A stretch of DNA of 64,000 nucleotides from Oligoflexales bacterium (GTDB lineage: Bacteria > Bdellovibrionota_B > Oligoflexia > Oligoflexales > CAIYRB01), in assembly GCA_041736175.1 (NCBI GenBank), contig JBGSUI010000193.1, positions 17,446 through 81,445 on the forward strand, read 5' to 3'. Below the pieces are notes generated by a model. The model was not told the origin of the DNA and ran no database searches. It was given only the letters and a program-made list of their open reading frames with translations. Below, piece by piece: positions 19,338 to 28,935 of the stretch. Every line of letters starts with the position of its first letter. Position 1 is the stretch's first letter. A program made the position numbers and the translations under genes.

Positions 19338-19895
19338 TTGAAGCGTTCTCATGTTTTTACCAGTGTGGCGATTATTGCCGTAGCATCAGCTTTTATTGGG
19401 ATTCTTACCTATGGTCTGATGCTCGACCCTAAAAAGGTCCCTCCGGCTAATATCGGCCAAATTGCCAAGCCCTTTCAAGTCAGCTGGGTCAAGGGGCAGG
19501 AATTCCTTCCTCGCGTCCAAGGCGATAGCTTCACTCTCGCAGACCTCCGTGGCAAGCCTATGATTCTTAACTTTTGGGCGAGCTGGTGTGTGAGCTGCCG
19601 CCAAGAGGCCACGGAATTGGAGGCTTTTTGGAAAAAGCACAAAGACGATACCCTTGTGGTGGGAATCGCCATCCAAGACGATACCGCTGAAGCCAAGAAA
19701 TTTGCTGATTACTACGGAAAAACCTATATTTTAGGTTTAGACACCGATGGACGAGCCGCCATCGACTACGGAGTCTCCGGAGTTCCCGAAACCTTTGTGA
19801 TCGATTCCCAGGGTACGATCGTTCATAAAGAGGTCGGTCCCGTGACAGCAGAAATGCTGGATGAGCTGGTCAAAAAAGCCCAAAAAAAGTCCTAA
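19338..19895 (+). CDS. ccmG: CcmG/DsbE thiol:disulfide oxidoreductase
   Basis: N-terminal TM, LNFWASWCVSC, YGVSGVPETFVID; follows ccmE. Confidence 0.85.
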   Translation: MKRSHVFTSVAIIAVASAFIGILTYGLMLDPKKVPPANIGQIAKPFQVSWVKGQEFLPRVQGDSFTLADLRGKPMILNFWASWCVSCRQEATELEAFWKKHKDDTLVVGIAIQDDTAEAKKFADYYGKTYILGLDTDGRAAIDYGVSGVPETFVIDSQGTIVHKEVGPVTAEMLDELVKKAQKKS

Positions 19896-19912
19896 ATTGA
19901 TCGGGAATTCCT

Positions 19913-22012
19913 ATGACCCGCACAGCACCCGCCTATGCCTCACCAAATCCAATAAACCAGACGCTTTTCCGGCGCACCTTGACGTCCTCTCGATTTAGGT
20001 TGATTGCTTCCAAGATCGGACTGGGGATGCTCCTTCTCTTGGTTTTACTCAATATTCCCCATTGGCCCCCACCCCGCCTGCTGACTTCTGGGGCTGATAG
20101 CAAATCAATCGACCGCACCGTTATGATTCCTATGGACCTTAGGACTGGTCTCCAGGCCAAAGTCATCATCTCTTACGACGCCGCCGAAGAAATCGCCATA
20201 GGAGCCCAGACCACGCGCCCAGACGACATGATCGCCCATGAATACCGCTATCCCTCGGTGATTGCGATCCCCATTGGCACCCATGCCCGAAAAAACAACT
20301 GCATACTCACCATGTCCCTTGGAGGGCTTAAGTCTGATCCCGTAGACTGCCAACAGATTAAAGACAACGAAGCCCAGCCTTTTACCTTTTCCCAAAAAAT
20401 CAAGCCAGGGACCTACGACGTCACATTATCCTCCCAGACTGGACTCCTGGATCCCACGACCCATCCCCATAACTTTGTCGCCGTTTACCTTTACCGAGGA
20501 ACCAGCGGCAACGACCAGTGGCTGATCCCATCGAGTGGGTCGACGCGGGTGACGGTCGGGAGTGCCCTCAATAGCTGGGCCTACAGACAGCCTCTTCGAT
20601 TTTTCCTCTACTCTCTTTTAATCTTTGCAGTCCTCGGGACGGTGCTGTTTGCCCCTGAGTGGACTTTTGCATCAGCTTTTGTGGGGGTCTATCTAGGGTT
20701 GATCCTGATCTGGAAACCCTACTCGGGATATGACGAAACCGCCCATATCGATATGCTCCACACCGCTCTAGCGGATCAGCCTGAGGCCAAAAAACTCGAC
20801 TTTTGGGCCCAAGTACGGGTTGATCTCATCAACTCAAGCTTTCACCGACTTCACAACGTCACCCTGAATCCTGGGGAATGTCCCCACCAGATTCTAGCCT
20901 CCTGCGGCCATTCCGAGCCTCCCTTGACCCTTTACCGAGCTTACGGAACAGTGCTTCATAGGCTGTTTCCTCCCGACAAATTCCAATCACCGGTTTTCCT
21001 GAGGCACCTGGTTTTAGGAATCCACGGCCTCCAGCTGCTCGCCCTACTAGGGTTTGTCTTGGCGTTTAAAAACATCGCTCTGATGAACTCCGTTTTTTTT
21101 CTGTTGGTCTTTGCGGGCTATATCTCTGCACAGTTCCCTTCGATCACCAATGATTTCCCCCTGATCATTTATGGCCTCTTCTCTGCTGTCGCCGCTTCAG
21201 GAGTGCTGACTGTTGCCCGTTCTAAGCTCGCTGCCACCATCATTTGTCTGCTTTTAGCAGGTCTTTTTTGGCCCGTCTCCCAGGTCGATCATTCCTCGAT
21301 CCTGGCTCTATCATTTCTTCCGATCATTCCCCTGCTGTGGATCCTAACTCCCCAGGGGACCAAAAAACCCCTCGCCTCACCCCTCAGGCCCACCGCGTTG
21401 GTTTTGGGGGCCTTGATCCTGATGGTACTTGCGGGGTTTTATAGCGTCCAATACGGAGTCGTTGGTAACCCCGCGGCCCTCAGTCTATTGACGACCCATT
21501 TTTCCCAGACTTTTACAAATCTCACTCATCTGCTGAAGTTTGAAAATCCGATGATATTGGGCGAACATCTTTTAGTTTATGGAAAATCCGTTATCGGGTC
21601 CTATGTGTGGGGCCACGACTATCTGTTCACAGTTTCTTATCTGGTTGGCGGTGGCCTTTTAGTGGCTTTATTTGGCCGCGGAGTCTATTTGTTGGTGATG
21701 AATTCTCATCTTAAAAAAATCCGGTGGCTGACTTTTTTAGCTCTTTCTTTAAGCTTAACCCTGCTCCTATGTGGTATCTTAAGCGCCTTCCTTGTAGGGG
21801 TGGGAAGCATCGAAATCATCCGGGATTCCTTTTTGAAACCACGCTTTTCTGCCGCAGGGCTAGGAGTCCTTCTCTTTCCGATCCTCTGGGGCGCCTATAC
21901 CCTGATGCCCCAGGAAAAACTGCGCCATAACCTCGGCATAATGACGGCCCTCTGGAGCCTGTGCCTCCTTGGCTACTATTTCCCTAGGTTTTTTATTTTA
22001 GATCTGTATTAA
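19913..22012 (+). CDS. Multi-pass membrane protein, GT-C glycosyltransferase-like
   Basis: More than ten hydrophobic segments; YDETAH acidic motif after an early TM; TND and PRF motifs. Confidence 0.55.
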   Translation: MTRTAPAYASPNPINQTLFRRTLTSSRFRLIASKIGLGMLLLLVLLNIPHWPPPRLLTSGADSKSIDRTVMIPMDLRTGLQAKVIISYDAAEEIAIGAQTTRPDDMIAHEYRYPSVIAIPIGTHARKNNCILTMSLGGLKSDPVDCQQIKDNEAQPFTFSQKIKPGTYDVTLSSQTGLLDPTTHPHNFVAVYLYRGTSGNDQWLIPSSGSTRVTVGSALNSWAYRQPLRFFLYSLLIFAVLGTVLFAPEWTFASAFVGVYLGLILIWKPYSGYDETAHIDMLHTALADQPEAKKLDFWAQVRVDLINSSFHRLHNVTLNPGECPHQILASCGHSEPPLTLYRAYGTVLHRLFPPDKFQSPVFLRHLVLGIHGLQLLALLGFVLAFKNIALMNSVFFLLVFAGYISAQFPSITNDFPLIIYGLFSAVAASGVLTVARSKLAATIICLLLAGLFWPVSQVDHSSILALSFLPIIPLLWILTPQGTKKPLASPLRPTALVLGALILMVLAGFYSVQYGVVGNPAALSLLTTHFSQTFTNLTHLLKFENPMILGEHLLVYGKSVIGSYVWGHDYLFTVSYLVGGGLLVALFGRGVYLLVMNSHLKKIRWLTFLALSLSLTLLLCGILSAFLVGVGSIEIIRDSFLKPRFSAAGLGVLLFPILWGAYTLMPQEKLRHNLGIMTALWSLCLLGYYFPRFFILDLY

Positions 22013-22039
22013 GGTTTCATGTTTTATGGAGGCATCCTG

Positions 22040-23179
22040 GTGACTCACCTAACTGTAAGAAATTTTGCCCATATTAAAAATATTGAGATTAATCTCACTG
22101 ATTTGACAATTTTAGTCGGCGCACAAGGAACAGGGAAAAGTTTATTTTTACAGTGGCTTAAAGCATCATATGATGGGCGACAGATCGTTGATGCACTGCG
22201 AGATGCTGGACAAGAAACCGATCCAGACCTTCTTATTGATCAGATATTTGGTCTAGGAATGGGTAACGCCTGGAACAAGGATACTTCGAGTGTTACGCTT
22301 GATAGAAAATCCATTACTCCGAGAAACATTAGCCGTATTGGTAACGGCAAAGAAAACGTCTTCTTTATCCCCGCACATCGATCGATGCTCATAAGCGACG
22401 GATGGGCGTCGCCCTTCCAAAAGCTAACCGCAGAAACACCCGTTGTTGCGCGACTGTTCAGCCAAAATTTGTTTGACCGATTTTCTTCTAAACAAATCGA
22501 CAAACTCTTCCCTCTGGATAAAGTTTTGAAGAAAGAATATCGATTATTAATTGATGATGCCATCTATCATGGTGGCTTGATAGGTTTGGAAAGAGACAAA
22601 CAACATTCTAAGAGACTTAAGCTATCCCATGGCACCACACATCTTCCGTTTGTTACGTGGACTGCAGGTCAACGGGAATTCACACCACTTTTACTCGGCC
22701 TCTATCACCTTCTTCCGTCAACCAAATTACGTAAACGTAAGGAAATCGATTGGGTTGTTATCGAAGAACCAGAAATGGGTTTACACCCCCAAGCAATATC
22801 AGTCTTTATGCTTTTAGTCTTGGACTTAATCTGGCGTGGTTATAAGATTGTTATCTCGACACACTCTCCGACAATTCTATCCGCGGTATGGATGGTTAAA
22901 CGACTTCAAGATTATGGGTCATCTTGGCACAAAGTATGTGAAGGGTTTCAAATCAAAAAAAATCAGAGTATGAAAAATGTTGCTGAAACCGCCTTAAAGG
23001 CAAAATATGGAGTTTATCTCTTTCACTTTGATTCGGATGGGAAAATAGTTTCAAAAAACATCTCGTCCTTAGATCCTGGTAACGACGATGACGATATTTC
23101 AGGATGGGGCGGACTCATTGGATTCACCTCTCAATTCGGCAAGACCGTGCGAAAAGCTGCAAATGAGGCCACTGAATGA
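22040..23179 (+). CDS. ABC-type (AAA_15/AAA_21-like) ATPase
   Basis: LTVRNFAHIK, Walker A GAQGTGKS, FIPAHR, IEEPEMGLHP, STHS; GTG start after RBS GGAGG. Confidence 0.88.
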   Translation: MTHLTVRNFAHIKNIEINLTDLTILVGAQGTGKSLFLQWLKASYDGRQIVDALRDAGQETDPDLLIDQIFGLGMGNAWNKDTSSVTLDRKSITPRNISRIGNGKENVFFIPAHRSMLISDGWASPFQKLTAETPVVARLFSQNLFDRFSSKQIDKLFPLDKVLKKEYRLLIDDAIYHGGLIGLERDKQHSKRLKLSHGTTHLPFVTWTAGQREFTPLLLGLYHLLPSTKLRKRKEIDWVVIEEPEMGLHPQAISVFMLLVLDLIWRGYKIVISTHSPTILSAVWMVKRLQDYGSSWHKVCEGFQIKKNQSMKNVAETALKAKYGVYLFHFDSDGKIVSKNISSLDPGNDDDDISGWGGLIGFTSQFGKTVRKAANEATE

Positions 23180-23628
23180 CCACAACGATTCGACGGAACC
23201 TCAAAAAAAGTGATTTAAAAGAATTGATAAAGGATGGAATCCAAGCATTGGAAACTGGGGATCGAAAATACATCTCCGAGGACTTACGCGCCATTTTTGA
23301 TGACAGCATAAACACAGACGAAGCCTTTAAGGCTAAGTATAGCCAATCTAACCGTTGGGATTATCTGATTGGCAATAAACAAAAGAACAAAATAATTGCT
23401 CTAGAACCGCATACAGCGAAAAATAGCGAAATCGGCGTGGTCATCGCAAAGCGATCGGCAGCTCGTCAGCAATTAAAAGACCATCTTGACCTTAGTCAGA
23501 TCTCTCACTGGTTTTGGGTTGCCTCTGGAAAAACCGAATTTCTCCCCCTCGAAAAAGCTAACATGAGACTCAACGAGAATGGCATCGAGTTTATTGGCAA
23601 AGCTCTCCTACGTAAGCACCTTAAGTAG
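23176..23628 (+). CDS. Hypothetical partner of the ATPase, possible PD-(D/E)XK-like fold
   Basis: ATGA overlap with the ATPase; RWDYLIG...IALEPHTA. Confidence 0.7.
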   Translation: MTTTIRRNLKKSDLKELIKDGIQALETGDRKYISEDLRAIFDDSINTDEAFKAKYSQSNRWDYLIGNKQKNKIIALEPHTAKNSEIGVVIAKRSAARQQLKDHLDLSQISHWFWVASGKTEFLPLEKANMRLNENGIEFIGKALLRKHLK

Positions 23629-23722
23629 AATCCCCCCAAATACTGGCTAAAATGATCGGTAGATAGCCAGCCTCTCCGGTAGTCCCGGACGCAGTCAGAC
23701 CTCCCGAGGCGCGCAGGCTCCC

Positions 23723-24064
23723 ATGGGGACAGAACTCGTCCCTGATGTGGACCGAAATGGTCTCGAGGCGGTGCTCTCCTGGACCAAAAACCGCCGTGAT
23801 TTTGCCGCACGACACTACGGCGACCAAGGTCACCAAAGATCACTATCTCCGAGATTTTGGGGGGGCGAAATCGTCTACCAGATCCAGATGGTGGGGCGCC
23901 CCATCGATACTAACAGAATAGGGTTTTCGGGTCAGATGATCGAAGGCAACCAGGTAAAAGTCTTTCTTCCTCGCAATAAACCAAAGACCTGGGACCCAGA
24001 TTTGCAGTCCTACCTTTGCCTCAATTCACCCGACCACTTTGGAAAAACCAACACAATCCCGTAA
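23723..24064 (+). CDS. Possible hypothetical protein or gene remnant
   Basis: 113-aa ORF fills the gap between genes; no recognisable motif. Confidence 0.3.
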   Translation: MGTELVPDVDRNGLEAVLSWTKNRRDFAARHYGDQGHQRSLSPRFWGGEIVYQIQMVGRPIDTNRIGFSGQMIEGNQVKVFLPRNKPKTWDPDLQSYLCLNSPDHFGKTNTIP

Positions 24065-24174
24065 ATTCCTTTACAAGATTCATTATTTCGTTACGTGTAA
24101 CGGTTCACAGATCCACAGGCCAACTCAACGATTGTCCTGCTTCGCCGATAAAAGAGCGTTGGAGACTCTTAATC

Positions 24175-25575
24175 GTGGCAATCAAAACTTTGCTCAAACT
24201 AAATATCGTGATCGCTCTCGTGATGAGCTGCGGCTCCCCCGGCGATAAGCCCGTGGTGACCTGCGCTCTGTGCGGCACCCTCAACGATATCCGTGGTTCC
24301 ATCGGAACCAAGAGCGGAAGCCAAGCCCAAATGGTCGGCTGGGTCGTGGCCTCATTCGAACGGGATACGGGGATCGCCCGCGCCTCCGAGGTGGATAATG
24401 CCGGATTGTTTACCTTTGGGATGCTGCGAACCGATCAGGCCCAAACCCTTGCCCTACTGACCCCCGACTATATCCTCCAGGCGGTTCTATCGATTCCTTC
24501 TGGCAACGAAAAAGCGATCCAGCAGTTTTTTACCATCAACAAACCGATTTTACCAAAACTGATCAATAGCGGACCGATTTTAACTTTTCAAAACTTTGAA
24601 GGCATTAAAGTCTCTAAAGAGCTTGCTGCAGACCAAAATGGCGACCAAATCCCTGATGGTGCCCAACATATTCAGGGAATCAGCCTCACCCAATCACCTG
24701 CCGTCACAGACACCGACCTGGACGGGGTCCCCAACTTTAAGGATACAGATATCGATGGCGACGGTGTGATCAATGTCATCGACCCCGATGACGATGGCGA
24801 CGGGATCCGCGACGCCTTTGACGGAGACCAAAACTCCGACCTGCTCAATGACTCAGCGCGCAATGGTGACAACTTTGACCTTTATTTTAAGGAGGGAGTC
24901 GAATGGATCGCTGTCCAACACGAATCTAAACCCAAAGACGATGGCACTGGGGTAGATACCACCCTTAAATTTAGCACCAAAGTACGCAGTGACGTTACCC
25001 CAAACGCTGTCCAAATCCGCGGAGCACCATCACTGCTCAATTCAGCCACTTTTTATACTCCAGATGCCTCGGGAACTCTGACGATCCAGCCCTGGAATCG
25101 CCTACTCCAAGACGACGGTATCAGCGAAGACTCAGGTGCCAACGATCGACTTTTTGCCAAAAAAGTCAACCTAGCCACGGGTAAAGCTCCCCGGTCCTAT
25201 GAGACAGTATTCTTTCAGTTAGCCTTTGGCACACCAGAAAAGCCCTGGTACTTGGAGTATCCCTATATCTTTCCTGACGTCAAAACCTCGACGATCAGTG
25301 CCCAGTACGACCCCAACACCCGCACCGTGCTCCTCGTGGGAAACCCCTTTGGAGATGTACAAGATTTTGTTTGGATCATCACCGTATGGGATAGTAAATC
25401 CAATGCCATTTGGACCTCTCAGTCGGTCCCTGGAACTACACGGCAGTTTCAGGTCCAGGAAAACATCCTGGTCACCGGGGAGACCTACAAGTATTCTGTG
25501 GTCGCTCAAACCCTCGACAAAATTCCGGGGTATCCAGCTTATACGATCCACAGTATAAAATACGATTTAAAATAA
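24175..25575 (+). CDS. Lipoprotein with thrombospondin type 3-like Ca-binding repeats
   Basis: GTG after GGAG; lipobox VMSC; DTDLDGVPNFKDTDIDGDGVINVIDPDDDGDGIRD. Confidence 0.75.
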   Translation: MAIKTLLKLNIVIALVMSCGSPGDKPVVTCALCGTLNDIRGSIGTKSGSQAQMVGWVVASFERDTGIARASEVDNAGLFTFGMLRTDQAQTLALLTPDYILQAVLSIPSGNEKAIQQFFTINKPILPKLINSGPILTFQNFEGIKVSKELAADQNGDQIPDGAQHIQGISLTQSPAVTDTDLDGVPNFKDTDIDGDGVINVIDPDDDGDGIRDAFDGDQNSDLLNDSARNGDNFDLYFKEGVEWIAVQHESKPKDDGTGVDTTLKFSTKVRSDVTPNAVQIRGAPSLLNSATFYTPDASGTLTIQPWNRLLQDDGISEDSGANDRLFAKKVNLATGKAPRSYETVFFQLAFGTPEKPWYLEYPYIFPDVKTSTISAQYDPNTRTVLLVGNPFGDVQDFVWIITVWDSKSNAIWTSQSVPGTTRQFQVQENILVTGETYKYSVVAQTLDKIPGYPAYTIHSIKYDLK

Positions 25576-25610
25576 GCCCTTTCCCTGGTATCCTCAAAGT
25601 TTGAGACCTC

Positions 25611-25787
25611 ATGGGAGACCTAAAAAATATGATGTTCAGCAAAGACGATTTTAAAATAACAGATCCAAGCGAAATCATCGAGATCGCCCCCCTCTTCATC
25701 CTCCTAGCACTGGTAGGTCCCTTTTTGATGGCCGCCTATGCCCTAGGTTTTGTGATGGATCTCACCGGCTGGCTTAAGTCAGACTAG
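25611..25787 (+). CDS. Small membrane protein (58 aa), absent from the ORF track
   Basis: Translates as MGDLKNMMFSKDDFKITDPSEIIEIAPLFILLALVGPFLMAAYALGFVMDLTGWLKSD; fills the gap between genes. Confidence 0.55.
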   Translation: MGDLKNMMFSKDDFKITDPSEIIEIAPLFILLALVGPFLMAAYALGFVMDLTGWLKSD

Positions 25788-27924
25788 AGACCGACTTTGG
25801 CGTTACCTTAAACAATCCTGCGAGGCATGGGCCAAGGGGATCGGACTTTGCTACCGAGGTCCCACCCGTGTCCAAAAGCACGCTGGCAAAGTTTTGCGAC
25901 TTAGCAGGCAACCCTCCTGCCTCTCCCTGCTGGGCGGAGGAAAAGTTAAGAGTAACTCCCGATTCGAGGGACTTATTGATTTTTTGGAGAAGCACACCGG
26001 CTTTTTTGACCACAGGGTCTTCCAGATCTGGTGTGGCCGCTACGGGCTGTAGAACATCCACTGCGGTTTGCAACTCCTGCTGGCGACATAGGCAAAGCGC
26101 CAAATTGTAGGTGACCACAAGTCGTGCATGGGCTCGGTCGGGGCGACCGTAGTTTTCGGTGGGCAGTGAATCCAGGGTGTTTTTATAAAGCGTGACCGCA
26201 TCGGCAAACTTGCCCACTTGGGCTAGGGCCACGGCATGGTTATTCATATACCCAACGATCTCCGAAAGGGACTCCATTTTTTGGATCAACTCCAAAGCTT
26301 TTTTGGTCCGATGGGCCACGATATGGACGCGGGCTTCTATGCTATCGATTCTCTCTAAGGTAGGATCGATGGACCGAGCCTTGGACACCATCTCAAAGGC
26401 TTTGTCTGTGTCGTTTCGGTTGAGATGGAGTTCGGCCAAATCTAAGATCCGCCCGAGATTTTCGGGAGAGATCTGCCGGGCCTGTTCAAGAATCCGAAGG
26501 GCTGCGTCAAAATCTTTAAGCTTGAGAAGGCATTTGCCCAAAAGATTAAGGGGAAGCAGCGAGCTTTTTCCGAGGAGCTTGATCGACTCTATAGCAGCGA
26601 GTTTAGCTTCTTGATACTGCCCCTGATCAAAGTAAAACTCCGCGTCCATATATTTTTGTTCTCCAAGGGACACCTCCTCATGGACCATATAGACGTCTTT
26701 AAGCCTTTGCGCGGCTTGGCGCTTGCCGGCTTTGAGCATCGCTAGAATCCGGCGCTCCATTGACCTGATTTCTGAGGGGAGTCGCTCCTGGATGGCTGTC
26801 CATTCAAGGGCAGTGAGCAGGTCGGCTTTGGCTAAGGGTTTTGCAATCACATTGGCCACCGACATTTCGGTGAGGAGCCCCCCATCGGTCGGCTTAAGGA
26901 GAGAGCTGAGGATGACGATGGGAACATCTATAAACCCATACCCTCTCATTCGCTGGATCAGAGCCGGTCCCGTCAAACCTTGCATCCTCCATTCGGAGAT
27001 TAAAAGCGACGGCTCCCGCATGGTGCGCATCGCCTCCCAGGCAACCATACCATCCTCAAAAGTCACAATCTCTTTGACGCCTCCTCGATGGAGAGCCTCA
27101 GTAAGAGCACGGATGATTGCTGTATCTTGGTCTACGATCACGGCATTTTTAAAGGGTAGGGCTCCTTTGGCCATCTCCCGATCCCTGGACTCGCTTTGGC
27201 CATAGCGGGTAAGGAGGGCAAGGGCTTTTTTTTCTAGTTTCCTATCGTAAAATTGAGCTCTCTTAAGGGCTGCAACACCATCATCGAGCCGTCCACCTAA
27301 AATCTGTGCCTCAGCGAGGTGGAGTAAAAGCTGAGGCTGGTTGTAATAGTAATCTGTGAGGGTTTCTTCCAAGGCCATCAAGGAGCCCCAATCCTGCGCT
27401 TCGACCAGATATCGTCTCAAGTATTCCGCGGCCAGGAGTCGAGTATCACATTCCTGAGCACTCAGACGAGCGCTGAGATGTTGAATCTCTTGAACAAAAC
27501 TTATTGGGGTCAGGGGTCTGCTCATCCATGTCCAAAGACCTAATGCAAACGCATCCGGAAGCAGGGTTTGATCGGCCTTATCCACAATAAAGGTCACAAG
27601 GATCGGTGCCCCTCTTAAGTCTTGCTGCAGATCGCGCAGCAACCCAAAAGCTTGGTCTATGTCATCTGCGCACCCAATCCCCAGAATGCACCAAGCAGGG
27701 TTTTTTTGGGGGTCCGTTTCGCCAGTCTTACCTTGGCCTTGCAGGGGGTAGTTTTGAAAAAGCGATTTGCGCAACCCCTCAATGCCTGTATAGCCAAAGA
27801 CTTGGGCAAAGCCAGCGCCTTTTAGGGTTGATACAATGCTCCAGGGGTCTTGGGTAGGTAGTGGGGACGGGGAGCCATGGTCGGCTACTAAGACCTTACA
27901 GGCCCGCTTTGCGATAAAGTCCAT
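25774..27924 (-). CDS. Receiver-domain and TPR protein (atypical response regulator)
   Basis: Degenerate N-terminal receiver; second receiver IVDQD...LISEWRMQGLTG...AKP; TPR helices such as LNLLGKCLLKLKDFDAALRILEQARQISP. Confidence 0.8.
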   Translation of the reverse strand: MDFIAKRACKVLVADHGSPSPLPTQDPWSIVSTLKGAGFAQVFGYTGIEGLRKSLFQNYPLQGQGKTGETDPQKNPAWCILGIGCADDIDQAFGLLRDLQQDLRGAPILVTFIVDKADQTLLPDAFALGLWTWMSRPLTPISFVQEIQHLSARLSAQECDTRLLAAEYLRRYLVEAQDWGSLMALEETLTDYYYNQPQLLLHLAEAQILGGRLDDGVAALKRAQFYDRKLEKKALALLTRYGQSESRDREMAKGALPFKNAVIVDQDTAIIRALTEALHRGGVKEIVTFEDGMVAWEAMRTMREPSLLISEWRMQGLTGPALIQRMRGYGFIDVPIVILSSLLKPTDGGLLTEMSVANVIAKPLAKADLLTALEWTAIQERLPSEIRSMERRILAMLKAGKRQAAQRLKDVYMVHEEVSLGEQKYMDAEFYFDQGQYQEAKLAAIESIKLLGKSSLLPLNLLGKCLLKLKDFDAALRILEQARQISPENLGRILDLAELHLNRNDTDKAFEMVSKARSIDPTLERIDSIEARVHIVAHRTKKALELIQKMESLSEIVGYMNNHAVALAQVGKFADAVTLYKNTLDSLPTENYGRPDRAHARLVVTYNLALCLCRQQELQTAVDVLQPVAATPDLEDPVVKKAGVLLQKINKSLESGVTLNFSSAQQGEAGGLPAKSQNFASVLLDTGGTSVAKSDPLGPCLAGLFKVTPKSVSSLT

Positions 27925-28024
27925 AAGAATTACTCACAGAAAAGAGCCCTGTTAGAACGATTTGATTCTTGGTCCAATATATCCCTGGGACCTTTAAATC
28001 CCAAGGCTAAATTTTATTCCTGCT

Positions 28025-28465
28025 TCAGGATGACCGTTGAGAGTCGATAAGCTTTTGAAAGCCCTCCATCATCGGCCCTAGACTGGACTGGGTGACTTTA
28101 TCGATCATCATCTGGGGGACTAAGCCTTTAAAGGCAACATCGAGGGAGTAGTGGGCGAGCGTTTGATCGTTTGCAGATGCTTCAAAGGTCCAGGATCCAT
28201 GACTTTTTTTCATAAGATTGGATTCATGTAAATCCCACCACAAACGGTGGGGAGCTTCTTCATACATGTGGAGGGAGTAATAAAAGGTCTTTACGAGATT
28301 CACCTTAAAAGTCACCAGGGCCGACGATTTGGGGACCAAGGGAGGGCCTACCTCGATCGTTGACACCATCGGTATGTAACTAGGATATTTCTGAAAATTC
28401 CTTACTCCTGCAAAAACCTCAAGAGGGGTTCCGCGAAAGAGATGATCGGTTGTTAGCACTGCCAT
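28025..28465 (-). CDS. SRPBCC/START (polyketide cyclase-like) lipid-binding protein
   Basis: NFQKYPSYIP, GSWTF, AHYSLDV; RBS AAAGGAG before ATG 28465. Confidence 0.85.
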   Translation of the reverse strand: MAVLTTDHLFRGTPLEVFAGVRNFQKYPSYIPMVSTIEVGPPLVPKSSALVTFKVNLVKTFYYSLHMYEEAPHRLWWDLHESNLMKKSHGSWTFEASANDQTLAHYSLDVAFKGLVPQMMIDKVTQSSLGPMMEGFQKLIDSQRSS

Positions 28466-28578
28466 GTATTGTCTCCTTTCCAAGTCCATGAATATCTTAT
28501 AAACTTGAAGGTGAGGGCACAATAAGAGCCTTGATTGGCGTGGTGGGTGGACTTATCTATTTGACACGGAAGTAAGCT

Positions 28579-28833
28579 ATGGGTGAATCGGACGTTTCCA
28601 TGAAGGACTTGGTTGAGTTCATTGCCAAGGCGCTCGTTGACGAAGTGGATCGTATCGAGATTAGTGAGATCACTGGCAATCAGACCAATATCATTGAGTT
28701 AAAAGTAGCCAAGGAAGACATTGGCAAGGTGATTGGTCGCCAGGGTCGTACTGCAGATGCGATTCGAACTATCTTGAATTGCGCCGCGGCGAAACTGTCA
28801 AAAAGGTACATTCTTCAAATCATCGATGAGTAG
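28579..28833 (+). CDS. khpA: KH-domain RNA-binding protein KhpA
   Basis: MKDLVEFIAKALVD...DIGKVIGRQGRTADAIRTIL; start may be 28600. Confidence 0.93.
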   Translation: MGESDVSMKDLVEFIAKALVDEVDRIEISEITGNQTNIIELKVAKEDIGKVIGRQGRTADAIRTILNCAAAKLSKRYILQIIDE

Positions 28834-28935
28834 TCGGGCTGTGGAGAGAGGACCTTTTTCTTGAGTGCCAGATAAAACCTGTTGGTTTTATCCGGTATTT
28901 TTTTGGTCAAAAGGAACCCACTAGGAACCCAACCC

